Assembly (NCBI GenBank): GCA_965262955.1
Contig: CBDHGE010000001.1
Location: forward strand, 848,046-912,045
DNA from: Candidatus Poribacteria bacterium
GTDB taxonomy: Bacteria; Poribacteria; WGA-4E; WGA-3G
DNA length: 64,000 nt
Direction: 5' to 3'
Shown: one piece after another, positions 20,347-31,001 of the stretch
Position numbering within the stretch: position 1 is the stretch's first letter
How the letters are laid out: each line of letters opens with the position of its first letter
Program-made: the position numbers and the translations under genes
Notes under the pieces: generated by a model
Seen by the model: the letters and a program-made list of their open reading frames with translations, nothing else
What the model was told of the DNA's origin: nothing
Databases searched by the model: none

Positions 20347-20434
20347 ATAGGGTTAGGACTACAAATCCCTCCTACAAGTCGTCAGACACCCATAGGGTCG
20401 AGATTACAAATCCCTCCTACAAGCAATTTTCCTA
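20347..20434. repeat. two tandem ~44-bp imperfect direct repeats with a 19-bp identical core, tacaaatccctcctacaag
   Basis: Core copies at 20360-20378 and 20405-20423. Each is preceded by a tagggt motif. Confidence 0.7.
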
Positions 20435-20821
20435 TTCTTCAAAGATAGTCTGTCTGTCGGCATCCGAATAACAGATAATCATTGTTACGGGTTGCCAGCC
20501 GGTGTTGACGGCATTGTGCTTAACATTGCGAGGGATACGCAACATCATCCCAGGTTTGAGAGGTATGACTTCATCTCCCAAGCTGTGGTCACATTCACCG
20601 GAGAGAACATAGATGAGCTCCTCACAGTTTGGATGATAGTGGACAGGATTGCCTTCGCCAGCGTTAATATAGACGACTCCGAAGGTCATTTCAGCCTCTG
20701 GATCAATTTGATCGTTGCATAGCCATTTAATCGCACCCCAAGGGAATTCAAGGGCACCAGCGTCGTTGCTATTGGTTATGGTTATCTCCATAGTGGTTTC
20801 CTTTCTATTTTCCGAATTCAA
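20432..20821 (-). CDS. cupin-domain protein
   Basis: Cupin_2 His motif around GNPVHYHPNCEEL. An internal start MEITITN at 20791 is possible. Confidence 0.6.
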   Translation of the reverse strand: MNSENRKETTMEITITNSNDAGALEFPWGAIKWLCNDQIDPEAEMTFGVVYINAGEGNPVHYHPNCEELIYVLSGECDHSLGDEVIPLKPGMMLRIPRNVKHNAVNTGWQPVTMIICYSDADRQTIFEE

Positions 20822-21667
20822 TCATACCTCAAAACAAGCCAAACATTGTCCGGCATAATCTTTCAAACCCATCGTGGGTTCTTCATACAAATAGCCAACA
20901 GGAGCACAGATAGCGCGCACGTTGTGAAGTTGCATATTAATTGATCGATGCTCATGCCCGAAAAGTGCGTGTGTGATAAGTGGCTCTTGCACGCAGCAGG
21001 CACCGATGTGTTTACTTCCCATGAAGGTGCGAAAGAAATCCCACGGTAATTCGCCTCGGTATTGGATGCACTCGCGGAACGGGACATGGTGTGTAACGAC
21101 CATGATACGAGATACATTATCCCGGACAGCGTCAATTTGCGTATCAAGTTCTGCTTGAAAACGGCGGGTGACAGCAGGATCAGCATCCGTCCACTTGGCG
21201 TATCGCTTGTCATTCCAGACTGCCCCCATCAACTCTTTTTCTGCATATTGGGCATCAGAAAAGTCGTACCCATCCGGTGCGAAACTGTAATCGTACCAAC
21301 CGATAGTCCCACAGAAAGCGACTTGCTTGGTGACGAACGGTTGGTCCATAAGCGGGTGAAATCCGCATTCATAACAGAGTTGAGAAATAATGTCGCACTT
21401 CTGCTCGCTTGTAACGTCGGGTGTCTCAATTGCCCAGATGTCATGGTTACCTGGAACGAACAATTTCTCACACGCTAAATCAGCGAGATGAAAAGCATTA
21501 AGCGTTTCAGAAAGTAGCACGAGATGTCGTGCGAGATCGCCAGCAATCACTAAAACATCAAGTTCCGCTGCCTTGACGGCATCAATGAGGTACGGGATAA
21601 GAGCTTTGTTTAGGGGCGTAACGTCTGTGTGTAAGTCTGAAATGAGTCCAATTTTCATTGGCGGCAC
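20822..21667 (-). CDS. metallophosphoesterase (calcineurin-like)
   Basis: SDLH, GDL, GNHD and GHEH metal-binding motifs. Confidence 0.8.
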   Translation of the reverse strand: MPPMKIGLISDLHTDVTPLNKALIPYLIDAVKAAELDVLVIAGDLARHLVLLSETLNAFHLADLACEKLFVPGNHDIWAIETPDVTSEQKCDIISQLCYECGFHPLMDQPFVTKQVAFCGTIGWYDYSFAPDGYDFSDAQYAEKELMGAVWNDKRYAKWTDADPAVTRRFQAELDTQIDAVRDNVSRIMVVTHHVPFRECIQYRGELPWDFFRTFMGSKHIGACCVQEPLITHALFGHEHRSINMQLHNVRAICAPVGYLYEEPTMGLKDYAGQCLACFEV

Positions 21668-21696
21668 ACACCCCGTTGTGCGAGTCTCCCGTTGGA

Positions 21697-23169
21697 TTAC
21701 ATCGATTCCTTCTCTAAGTTTCTAAAAACCTCATCCAGAAAGATACGGAGTCCAGTGTCAGCATCTTGTTGGTACTGTTCACGTTGATGCTCAAGTGCTC
21801 GAATCGAAGGGGCGTCACCGATTTTGGCGATTGCATCGACAAGGGTGAGTCGAATTGCAGACTCCTCAGCGACTTCGAGGGCATCAATCAACCGATCTCG
21901 TGCCTTATCTCCACCGATACCACCGAGTGCAGACGCTGCTATGTCCTTTGTACTGGTATCCCCGTCTTCAAAGGCGACGATGAGGGCGTCAACAGCGGAT
22001 TCACCGATCTGACTCAGTGCCAACCCGGCTTGGAAGCGGATACCGGGGATTTCTGTCGGATTTTCAAGGACGGCAACGAGGGGATCAATCGCGGAAATCG
22101 GTTTGAGGATGCCGAGCATGGCGAGACAGGCACGCCGAATCTCTTGTTCCGGCTCCACCTGAATCTGAATGTACTGTTGCGCAAGCTCGGCGAGTTGTCC
22201 TTCGTTGATTTTTTGATAGAGTGTATCGGATTTATGCCTGAACTGTGTTCCGAAGGGGGCTTCAAGGGTCGCTGTATTCTCAGCCCGATCAACGACGAGC
22301 AAACCGAGAATTGCGGCGGATTCGAGTTGGCTCGCCTGAAGACTATCTGCTGGCAGTTGATTCACATTCGCACTTTGAAATTCCTGAAAGAGGTCATTAA
22401 GCACGCTTAACTCAACGAGGCGTTGGAGACTGGTGATTGCGGCTTTGCGAATTGAGAATTCTGGATTATTTTTGAAGAGGTCAACCAGTGGTTCAATTGC
22501 ACGGGCATCACCCAGATCGCCGAGGGCGGTTACAGCAGCAATTTTAACACCTATTAATTCAGAAGTTCGGAAGATGATTTTGTGTTTAGAAAGCTTTCCA
22601 ACCGTTTTCTTGTAGTCCCTAACACTGTCAATATTTTGCTCATCAACAATCTTTTCAATAATGTCCCCTACCTGAATATCAGCGTTTGCAGCAGGAGTGC
22701 CGGGTTGAATTTGCTTAACACGTACAGTGCCACTTCCCTCAACACTGAGACCTATCTTATCCCCTTGTCTGCGAAGTGCAACGCGGATTGGAGGCTTATC
22801 CTTCAAATGAAGAATTAGGTTATTATCTTCATCAAGCGCCTTTTTTATTGCGCTGTTAAAGTCTCCAGAACTTTTGACTGGATATTCCACAACGACGTAA
22901 GAGATGAGTTCGCCTGTTTCGAGCTGTGCCTTACGCGCGGGTCCATTGGGTGTGGTATCTAAAATGACGACACCGCTGGTAGCCCAACGGTTCATCAAGT
23001 CGCTGTCTAACTGCTGGACCTCCATCTTCAAGCGGTCATCGTAATACCGATTATCGCATCCGAGTCCGAGTATTAGCGCAAAGAGTGGCACGATAAATGC
23101 AAAACGGCTTGGTTTGACCGACCGTGTTATTTTTCTTAGCATACTGGATCCTTTCCATTCTAATAGCAA
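21697..23169 (-). CDS. lipoprotein with a PDZ domain and HEAT (PBS-lyase-type) repeats
   Basis: LGC lipobox; PDZ segment VKQIQPGTPAANADIQVGDII; repeated AL-rich HEAT motifs. Confidence 0.55.
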   Translation of the reverse strand: MLLEWKGSSMLRKITRSVKPSRFAFIVPLFALILGLGCDNRYYDDRLKMEVQQLDSDLMNRWATSGVVILDTTPNGPARKAQLETGELISYVVVEYPVKSSGDFNSAIKKALDEDNNLILHLKDKPPIRVALRRQGDKIGLSVEGSGTVRVKQIQPGTPAANADIQVGDIIEKIVDEQNIDSVRDYKKTVGKLSKHKIIFRTSELIGVKIAAVTALGDLGDARAIEPLVDLFKNNPEFSIRKAAITSLQRLVELSVLNDLFQEFQSANVNQLPADSLQASQLESAAILGLLVVDRAENTATLEAPFGTQFRHKSDTLYQKINEGQLAELAQQYIQIQVEPEQEIRRACLAMLGILKPISAIDPLVAVLENPTEIPGIRFQAGLALSQIGESAVDALIVAFEDGDTSTKDIAASALGGIGGDKARDRLIDALEVAEESAIRLTLVDAIAKIGDAPSIRALEHQREQYQQDADTGLRIFLDEVFRNLEKESM

Positions 23170-23216
23170 GTTTCGACGTGTAAGCTGCGCCGAAAAGTGT
23201 GCTCACAACTCGCGAT

Positions 23217-24188
23217 TTAATTTAGAGGGATGGGTACGTCTCGACTGCTCTGTTCCTGCAAAGCATCTAAAAGCGGTACAACGACCTTATCATCGCCGAG
23301 TGTTGCGAGGGCGCGAATAGCGTCAACGCGCAACGACGATCCCTTGTTCTCGACAATTTTGACGAGTTCTGGCACAGCAGTACCACCGATTTTTCCGAGT
23401 GCCTCTACGGCGAGTTGACGGATTTCGGGGTCCTCCCGATCGCGTTTCCATCTGGCAGAGCCGGATTCAATCAGTGCGGCGAGTGCCGGAATTGCTTCTT
23501 CACTACCGATTTCTCCGAGTGCCTTGACGGCGTTCAAACGGGTTTCCCTTCGTCGGTGATCCAGAAGTTTCACCAAAATGGGGACAAGCGTTGCCGGGTC
23601 GTCTCTACCGAGATGTCCGAATACCCAATGTGCGCTGTGTCTATCGCGATTATCACCGGATTTAATAGCCTTTTGGAGTTGGCTGATGAGCCGTTTCTGG
23701 TCGCCCTGTTTATATATGCGCCTTAGCGCGTCAAGCGCAGCGTTTTGAATATCCAAATCGTCATCGCGGAGTGTCTCAAAGATTAGCCTTTCGAGGTATT
23801 TACGCGATTCTTCTTTGTATGCAAGGAACATGTGTCTGCCGCGTTCAGCGATCGAAGCCTCTTCCCATTCGGTGGTATTGGGTTCGTAAAACTCCTGCGA
23901 ATTGTAATATCCGAGCAGATAATGGGCTTCGGCGTTATCAATGGGTTGTTGCAGTGCAAGTTTAAATTCTCGGACTGCGCGTTCCTCTTTCCGTCGTTTA
24001 TCCGATTTAATTAATTCCTTGCCTTTGGCGAGGTTCTCGTTCTGGGTGCCGCACCCAACAACATAAAGAACGAGTACGAAGGCAAGCCAGAATTTCTTCA
24101 TAGTATTTCTCCTATTGGGCGTCAAGGAGGCTCGTTTGTTCATCGCCGGTTTCGGATACTTCATCCGCCATGCTTTCGTCGGTATCAT
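23217..24188 (-). CDS. HEAT-repeat lipoprotein
   Basis: VVGCG lipobox and several PBS-lyase HEAT repeats (AVKALGEIGSEEAIPAL...). Confidence 0.55.
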   Translation of the reverse strand: MIPTKAWRMKYPKPAMNKRASLTPNRRNTMKKFWLAFVLVLYVVGCGTQNENLAKGKELIKSDKRRKEERAVREFKLALQQPIDNAEAHYLLGYYNSQEFYEPNTTEWEEASIAERGRHMFLAYKEESRKYLERLIFETLRDDDLDIQNAALDALRRIYKQGDQKRLISQLQKAIKSGDNRDRHSAHWVFGHLGRDDPATLVPILVKLLDHRRRETRLNAVKALGEIGSEEAIPALAALIESGSARWKRDREDPEIRQLAVEALGKIGGTAVPELVKIVENKGSSLRVDAIRALATLGDDKVVVPLLDALQEQSSRDVPIPLN

Positions 24189-24690
24189 CCACTTCGGCTT
24201 CTATTTCTTCTTCCTCTACTTCCGCTTCTGCTTCCACTTCTGCTGCACCAAGCGTTTTTTGGAGGACGACGACGGGTTTCTCGGCGAATCCCCAGTCTTT
24301 ATATCTCTGAATGACGCTTGTTTCTGAGGGGGCTAACTCTATTTCAAGCGTTTTCGCACCGTTCGCTGATGCAGTATCCTCAGCAGCACCCATAAGATGG
24401 TCAGCCACGCCTAATTGCCGAAAAGGACCCGCGACAGCGAGACCGTTTACCTGTGCAATTCCCGGATCGACGGCACTTTGCTTTACAGTGACTTGTCCAA
24501 TTGGATACCCACTGGCTTCTGCAACAAGCCGATGTGTTCCATTTCCGGCTTCCAGATCTGTTTTGAGTTCTTCTGTAACCTGCTCCCTGGTTTGTTCAGG
24601 AAAGCAATATGCGTGTAGATATGCTGCATCGTTTTCTTCAGCTGAACGTACTTTAATGGCTCCGATTAGGTTGAAGTCTTGATTAGCCAT
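24112..24690 (-). CDS. GNAT-family N-acetyltransferase with an acidic C-terminal tail
   Basis: GNAT core (QLGVADHLM, acetyl-CoA-binding region) followed by a poly-Glu/Ala tail. Confidence 0.55.
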   Translation of the reverse strand: MANQDFNLIGAIKVRSAEENDAAYLHAYCFPEQTREQVTEELKTDLEAGNGTHRLVAEASGYPIGQVTVKQSAVDPGIAQVNGLAVAGPFRQLGVADHLMGAAEDTASANGAKTLEIELAPSETSVIQRYKDWGFAEKPVVVLQKTLGAAEVEAEAEVEEEEIEAEVDDTDESMADEVSETGDEQTSLLDAQ

Positions 24691-24898
24691 AGACTTTCTC
24701 CTTTGGTTATTATTAGTTGTCAGTCAGTGCTTTCGCGTGCTGTGCGGTCAGCATTTCACATATTTATCTAATGTTAAAAAGTTCGTTGATTATTGTAATA
24801 TAATTAATTTTCTATTACAACTACTTTCTTTTGAAAGTGTTGCGACTTGAAAACGACGTTTTTTAACGTGAGTTCGAGAATAAAATGGTAGCCAATGC

Positions 24899-24995
24899 GT
24901 TGGGTTTCACTGGTATTATAATGATTTCAGGTTCTCGTTGGCTATTATCCTCGACTTGTACGCGCGATTTCTCGTAGGTATCCGTTCAACCCAAC
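24899..24995. repeat. Copy A of the inverted-repeat-bounded ~100-nt element
   Basis: 5' arm gttgggtttc, internal tattataat, 3' arm tcaacccaacctacg. Lies 20 nt from the helicase stop. Confidence 0.55.
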
Positions 24996-25015
24996 CTACG
25001 GGAACTTGGGCTTGT

Positions 25016-27439
25016 TCAGGTTGTCCCGTCAGTAGGCAGTGATTCTTCAGCGTTGACGACATCCTCTGTGGGTGCGTCATCAAGATTATCCTGACCAATC
25101 CGCAATTGCCGCTCTGCGTCAACAACGTCTCTATTAATTTTTCCGATACATCGGTTGAGCTTATCAATGAGGGCAGTGTGCCCACTCATGGCACGACGAA
25201 TTTGGCGGAGCTGATCGATGACGAGTCGAAAGGTTCGGACGAAATCGCCAGCATCCACGCGAGCATACCTTTCAAGTTTGTCAAAGGGACAGCCGCGGCT
25301 CCAAGCCAGCATTGCGGTGCAAAACCGAAGTTCTAACATAGGTGTAATTTCTGTCACGCCGTACTCGACTTCTAAATACTGGATAAGCGAAATTTCAGAA
25401 CTGACTGCATAGAGGACTTCGAGCAAGTGTTCATCCTCAAGTGGTTTAAAATACCCATCTTTACGTGGTTCGGATACAATTGCAACCATGAGACAGTTAA
25501 TTTCATCCTCGGTGAGCCTTTCAAAAAAACCGCTCAACAGCAATTGGGTTAACTGCAACTCATATCCATAAATGTGTGCGGCGGTCCTGCCGCGCGGCAG
25601 AAGCGTTTGTTCCTCAATGTAACCGAGTTCTTCAAGCACTTTAAGACGGGCTGCTATTTGCTCCCTCGGGTTGTTCTGAATAAATGTCGTTCTTTTTTTG
25701 AGCTTCTGAATCCGATCTTCTTCTCTTCGGATCGCTTTGTATCTGCCGGTGCACGCCCTTAAATGCTGGCATCCGTCACAAAGGCTCTCCTCACCCCTTG
25801 CCTGAAAATGCTTTATCTTTCGCTGAACAACCTTTAATCTTTTAATCCGTTCTTTCTTCCGTTTCTTTCCCCGAGTTTGCGTTCTGATTTGCGTCATTTC
25901 TGCGTATAAACGTTGAAGATTCTTTTCACGATTTCGGTTCTGACGATTATGTTGCTCAATTTGCGTGCTTCCATCAACCCCTTCATGGATGCACTCAGGT
26001 TCGGGCAGTGTTTGGAGTCTTTCGGTTTTCGTTTTAATCTGCTCATTGAGTTTGGCGACTCGGACGTAGTTTTGATGGTTGCTCAAACTCATGGTATAGA
26101 CATCGTAAATGTCATCGCCATACTTCTGATAAAGATTGAGAATACTGGAATAGGAGAGATTAAACTGGCTCTCAATAGGCTCTATTTTATTAGCGACAAC
26201 GTCTCGAATCTCCTTTGAATCGGCATAAGCGGGTAGGATTTGGGCATAGACATAACCAATGGTATCAATACCACGTCTACCAGCGCGCCCCGCCATTTGG
26301 TGATACTCACGTGCTTTGAGGTAGCGGAATCCGACACCATCATATTTCTCAAGACTGTCGAAGACTGCAGAGCAGGCTGGCATATTAATACCGACAGCAA
26401 AGGTTTCAGTGGTAAAGAGGAGTTGGATTAAACCGGAAGTGAACAATCTTTCCACTACTTCTTTGAGTGTCGGCAACATACCTGCGTGGTGATAAGCAAT
26501 TCCACAGCGAACCAATCTACGGAATTCGCTAATTTTCTTTTCCTCTACGATGTCAAATTGGACACAAAGTTCATCAAATTGTTCCAAAATTTGGGTTTGT
26601 TGCTTTTTATCAAGTAGCTGCAGTTTCGACCCGTATACGAGCGAGGTGGCGTTTTCTTCACAGCCCTTACGACTAAAACAGAAATAGAGGCAGGGGAGCT
26701 GTTTTTCACGACGAAGGTGTGGGATGAGTTTTGTCTCTACAAAGTCAGAGGGAAGTGCTGGAGTGGTCTCGTCATCAGGCGTATCGGATTTTCGTTTACG
26801 CCCATCGCGTTGTGCTGTATTACGGATGGCTGGGATATGCTTTGTATTACCGATACCGTAATTCGTGAAATAAAGGTGATGCTCCAACGGCACGGGACGG
26901 TTCAATTCTTCGACTATCTCAATCTCTATATCCCGTACACTTTGCATCCACTCTGTAAAAGAGTTAATGTTCGGAATTGTAGCACTCAGACAGACGAATT
27001 TGACATGTTGGGGCGCAAAGATGAGGCTCTCTTCCCAGACGGTCCCGCGTTCTATATCGTTAATATAGTGGATTTCGTCAAAGATGACGTAAGAGACATC
27101 CTGTAATCGCTCAATATCATCAAAAATAGTGTTCCGAAAAATCTCGGTGGTCATCAACAGCACTTGGGCGTACGGATTGAGCACCACATCTCCGGTAACA
27201 ATGCCTATTTTGTCGCCATATTCAGCGTAAAAATCCCGATACTTCTGATTGCTGAGGGCTTTGATCGGTGCGGTGTAGATAACGCGATGGTTTTCCTCAA
27301 TGCATTTTTCGACGGCATACTCGGCGATGACAGTTTTGCCTGCCCCTGTGGGAGCTGTAACAATGACTGAAGCATCCCGATTAATTGCCTCGATCGCTTC
27401 CTCCTGAAACCGATCAAGTTTTAACCCCTTGTAAAGCAT
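25016..27439 (-). CDS. Ski2/HelY-like DExH-box RNA helicase
   Basis: Walker A TAPTGAGKT, DEIHY box, the GIAYHHAGMLP...ETFAVGINMPA block typical of Ski2/Mtr4/HelY, and a DSHCT-like C-terminus. Confidence 0.8.
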   Translation of the reverse strand: MLYKGLKLDRFQEEAIEAINRDASVIVTAPTGAGKTVIAEYAVEKCIEENHRVIYTAPIKALSNQKYRDFYAEYGDKIGIVTGDVVLNPYAQVLLMTTEIFRNTIFDDIERLQDVSYVIFDEIHYINDIERGTVWEESLIFAPQHVKFVCLSATIPNINSFTEWMQSVRDIEIEIVEELNRPVPLEHHLYFTNYGIGNTKHIPAIRNTAQRDGRKRKSDTPDDETTPALPSDFVETKLIPHLRREKQLPCLYFCFSRKGCEENATSLVYGSKLQLLDKKQQTQILEQFDELCVQFDIVEEKKISEFRRLVRCGIAYHHAGMLPTLKEVVERLFTSGLIQLLFTTETFAVGINMPACSAVFDSLEKYDGVGFRYLKAREYHQMAGRAGRRGIDTIGYVYAQILPAYADSKEIRDVVANKIEPIESQFNLSYSSILNLYQKYGDDIYDVYTMSLSNHQNYVRVAKLNEQIKTKTERLQTLPEPECIHEGVDGSTQIEQHNRQNRNREKNLQRLYAEMTQIRTQTRGKKRKKERIKRLKVVQRKIKHFQARGEESLCDGCQHLRACTGRYKAIRREEDRIQKLKKRTTFIQNNPREQIAARLKVLEELGYIEEQTLLPRGRTAAHIYGYELQLTQLLLSGFFERLTEDEINCLMVAIVSEPRKDGYFKPLEDEHLLEVLYAVSSEISLIQYLEVEYGVTEITPMLELRFCTAMLAWSRGCPFDKLERYARVDAGDFVRTFRLVIDQLRQIRRAMSGHTALIDKLNRCIGKINRDVVDAERQLRIGQDNLDDAPTEDVVNAEESLPTDGTT

Positions 27440-27674
27440 CCAATCCTTCCTTGCACTCTAACCTCTCTGTATAAGGCATAAGCAGTTTGAGGCGTAATGT
27501 TAAAGGTAATTATAATAGACATCGTATTTATTGTCAAGGGTTTTCTGGGTAGTTAGTCGTTAGCAGTCAGCGGTCAGCACTCTGTTTACCCTTGACATCT
27601 GCTGTATTCCGTGTTACTATAGTTATAGTATGAGCGCGTATGAAGCCAACTACCACAGTTGGAGGTAAATAATT

Positions 27675-28181
27675 ATGCATGATGTTGGACGGAAACGAGA
27701 AGAACACCGACACATTTGGAAGTACATCTTGGGAACCTTGATGTGTGTTGTAATCTTCGGCGTTATTGCATGGGCACAAAAGAGTAACAATGAGGGCGAA
27801 AAGGGCGTCACTTTGGCTGACCTTGGTGTAACAGCAGCGCAGCAGACGGAAATTAAAGCACTCTGGGAATTAAAACGTCAAAAGCAGATTCAGGCAGTCT
27901 CTGATTTGAAAACGCTCAATCGACTTGTAAGAGACTCGCTTGTTGAAGATACAGAGATTCAAGAGACGCTGGACGCATTCCGTATGAAACGCAAGGAAAT
28001 GCAAAAACAGATTGACGAGGTTGAGGAAGGACTAACTCAGACGTTGCCACCGCGTGCGCAACTCCATTTGACCGTCTTAGGGGTACTGGACAATGGTATC
28101 CCTCGGAAAATGTCGAAGTCGCAAGCCAGTAAGAAAACGGACGAAAACTCTACATCATCTCTGGAGCAAGGGACGCAATAA
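27675..28181 (+). CDS. periplasmic Spy/CpxP-family (LTXXQ-motif) protein
   Basis: N-terminal membrane anchor or signal; repeated L-T-x-x-Q motifs. Confidence 0.5.
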   Translation: MHDVGRKREEHRHIWKYILGTLMCVVIFGVIAWAQKSNNEGEKGVTLADLGVTAAQQTEIKALWELKRQKQIQAVSDLKTLNRLVRDSLVEDTEIQETLDAFRMKRKEMQKQIDEVEEGLTQTLPPRAQLHLTVLGVLDNGIPRKMSKSQASKKTDENSTSSLEQGTQ

Positions 28182-28187
28182 AAAAAT

Positions 28188-28260
<73 letters not shown>

Positions 28261-28328
28261 CGTAATTATTGCTTTAATTATATCACACATCTTCAGGGAA
28301 TGCAAGAAAAATTGCATTTTTTAGAAAA

Positions 28329-29165
28329 ATGGCGAAAAATCCGCAAACAGATCCATTTTTTTCTTTTGCCCAACGTGAGGACTCCCAGATTCAACTCGCA
28401 ACAGGTGCCCTCCTTATTGCCCAGAGCGAGTATATTGACTTGAGTATTGAGGATTATCTATGTCGGTTAGATGAGATGGCAGATGTTGTTCGAGAGCGGA
28501 TTCAGGATGCAACGCTCCCTGAACAGCATATCAACGAACTGAATCGTTACCTTTTTGAGGAAAATGGATTTACAGGAAACACCGAAAACTATTACGCGTT
28601 AGGCAACAACTTTCTCAATGCTGTGCTTGACAACAAAACAGGCATTCCCATTACATTAGGCGTTGTCTACATTGAAGTTGGTAGACGTGCAGGATTACCA
28701 CTCGTCGGTGTAAATTTTCCCGGACATTTCCTTGTTAAATACCAGCGCGAACATTTAGATATTCTTCTCGACGTATTTAAAGACGGACGCTTTATGTGTG
28801 AAGACATGCTTCAAGCAAAACTCAAGGAGATGATGGGGGAATCGGCTCAATTGGACCCCAGAATGTTAGCAGAAACCTCAGACAGGGAAATTTTAGCGCG
28901 TATCTTACGGAATTTGGTACGTGCCTACACGCTGCTTGAGCGTTACGATAAAGCATTGATCGCTGCGGAACGTATCACGTGGCTTTTGCCCGACGCATCC
29001 ACTGATTACCGTCTTCTCGGCTATCTACACTACAAAAACCATGCGTATAGTGAAAGTATTGCAGCTTTTGAAAAATATCTCCAACTTGTAGAAGCTCCCC
29101 CAGACGCTGCGGCAATTGAGCAAGATATACAGCATCTTCATAAACTACTCTCGCGCCTGAATTAA
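28329..29165 (+). CDS. transglutaminase-like / TPR protein (SirB1 / YchA family, COG2912)
   Basis: Transglutaminase-like core plus a C-terminal TPR-like helical region. The palindrome AATGCAA-N6-TTGCATT sits directly before the start. Confidence 0.55.
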   Translation: MAKNPQTDPFFSFAQREDSQIQLATGALLIAQSEYIDLSIEDYLCRLDEMADVVRERIQDATLPEQHINELNRYLFEENGFTGNTENYYALGNNFLNAVLDNKTGIPITLGVVYIEVGRRAGLPLVGVNFPGHFLVKYQREHLDILLDVFKDGRFMCEDMLQAKLKEMMGESAQLDPRMLAETSDREILARILRNLVRAYTLLERYDKALIAAERITWLLPDASTDYRLLGYLHYKNHAYSESIAAFEKYLQLVEAPPDAAAIEQDIQHLHKLLSRLN

Positions 29166-29397
29166 GACCAAGACCCCACGGGCATGGGAAACCAAATTTA
29201 GTCTGGGAATAGACCAAATCCGGACGTCCAGTCGGAAATTATTGGAAATCTGTATACCCCTGAAATCCCAAAAAATATCATTTTTTTCATAGACATGATA
29301 TACTGACTCCGAACGTATTGTTAGTAGCAAACACATTGCTTAAATTTCAGCGGTTTCTGGAAACATCTCAACCCGAATTAGCAACGGAGGAGATACC

Positions 29398-30180
29398 ATG
29401 AAGTACCTGGAACGCTATTGTGCCTCGGTATGTTTTGTCCTACTTCTGCTCAATGTATCAATGACAGCATTAGGGCAGGCAGACAAAGCAGAAACCCTCG
29501 TCGGACACTGGACTTTTGAGAACGGTGTCGAACTGGAAGATCTTACGGGCAATTTCGCCGATATTAAACTCATGGGTGCTAAAATCGCGGACGGTCAACT
29601 GGATGTCGATCTTGGTAAATGGGCTATCGCCAGTGGATACGACGGTCCAGATATAGGAGAAAAGACTTTGGTGTCGTGGGCTATAATGGATGACCTCAAC
29701 GTTCAGAAAGGTTCGATATTAACCATCGATCGTCTCTCTGATCCGACGTTTGATGCAATTGTCTTTGGAGAACGCCAGAATCATCGTTGGATGGCGGGGA
29801 GTGGCTGGTTTCATCGCACTAAGGATCCAGACCCTGGGTTTGAAGAAAAGAAAGCGGGAGAGCTGATTATGATGGCGATCTCGTATGAAGATGATGGTGG
29901 CACGGCACGTGTGAGAATATACCGTAATGGGGACGAAATTGGTGACTATACATTTGGTCAATTTGTGACCTTTGATAATAAAGATGCTGAGGCAATTTGG
30001 GGTAAGCGTCACGGTGGTTTAGGCGGAGGTCCTGGCGATCTTGACGCTCATATCGAAGACTCACGCATTTATGCTTCTGTTCTCAGTCAGGCAGAGATTA
30101 AGAAATTGCTGCCCGACACGCTTGACGTGAAAGCACACGGTAAACTCGCCACGACTTGGGCAAGGCTGAAAACGAAGTAG
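29398..30180 (+). CDS. secreted LamG / concanavalin-A-like lectin domain protein
   Basis: Signal peptide. LVGHWTFENG...DLTGN... pattern. C-terminus KLATTWARLKTK, shared with 43605-44420. Confidence 0.55.
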   Translation: MKYLERYCASVCFVLLLLNVSMTALGQADKAETLVGHWTFENGVELEDLTGNFADIKLMGAKIADGQLDVDLGKWAIASGYDGPDIGEKTLVSWAIMDDLNVQKGSILTIDRLSDPTFDAIVFGERQNHRWMAGSGWFHRTKDPDPGFEEKKAGELIMMAISYEDDGGTARVRIYRNGDEIGDYTFGQFVTFDNKDAEAIWGKRHGGLGGGPGDLDAHIEDSRIYASVLSQAEIKKLLPDTLDVKAHGKLATTWARLKTK

Positions 30181-30276
30181 GTATCTGGACATTAGTTTTG
30201 TATTGGATATCCCGAAGGGTTTTCTAATCCCTTCAGGACTTTCATGCGAAGTATAATATATTTATAATTCTGGCAG

Positions 30277-30978
30277 TTGGGAAAACAAAATCAAAGAATG
30301 AAAATTTTAGGTGTTGATACTTCGACTCCAATCGGGAGTGTTGCTTTAATAGATGGTGATAACGTCGTCGCGGAGCATACACTCGATATCGTCCACGCAC
30401 ACTCCTCCAGACTAATGCCCGCAATCGATAGTGTATTGAAATGGGGTGATATTACGGTAGATGATTTAGACGGATGCGCTGTTGGTATTGGACCTGGATC
30501 GTTTACCGGTATTCGTATCGGCGTTGCGACTATCAAATCTATCTGCTATGCTGTTGACAAACCGATCGTGGGTGTTTCGACCTTGGAGGCAATTGCTTAT
30601 AACCTCCGATGGTCAAATAGCATCATCTGTCCACTGCTTGACGCTCGGCGTAGTGAAATCTACGGTGCTATTTTTGAAGGAAATACGAAATGGGAACGTC
30701 TTAGCAAGGATCTCTGCTTACCGATTGATGCCTTCTTAGACCGTATCAAAGCGGATACGCCTTCAGATTGTACGATCAACTTCCTTGGAGATGGACTGGG
30801 AACCTACGGGAACGCTGTCCGAGAAGGGCTCGGTAAGCGGGTCCACTTTGCGGATGCTATTTTCAATGTCCCGCGCGGCGCAACGATCGCTCATCTTGGT
30901 GCGCAACGCTTACAGCACGGAGAGAGCGATAGTTACTGGACTTTGGTACCGAACTACGTTAGAGTCGGGTTATACTAA
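30277..30978 (+). CDS. tsaB: tRNA t6A biosynthesis protein TsaB
   Basis: MKILGVDTS...GPGSFTGIRIGV motifs. An alternative start at 30298 is possible. Confidence 0.8.
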   Translation: MGKQNQRMKILGVDTSTPIGSVALIDGDNVVAEHTLDIVHAHSSRLMPAIDSVLKWGDITVDDLDGCAVGIGPGSFTGIRIGVATIKSICYAVDKPIVGVSTLEAIAYNLRWSNSIICPLLDARRSEIYGAIFEGNTKWERLSKDLCLPIDAFLDRIKADTPSDCTINFLGDGLGTYGNAVREGLGKRVHFADAIFNVPRGATIAHLGAQRLQHGESDSYWTLVPNYVRVGLY

Positions 30979-31001
30979 CCAGAACACATAAACCGCGCCT
31001 G

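Noticed and set aside
24780-24830. Shared box aattaattttctatta[ct]aa near element copies A and B, a possible separate promoter motif
   Set aside because: It is present in only two loci, with different spacing to the element (about 80 nt versus 12 nt). It is mentioned under the element finding and not called as its own feature.
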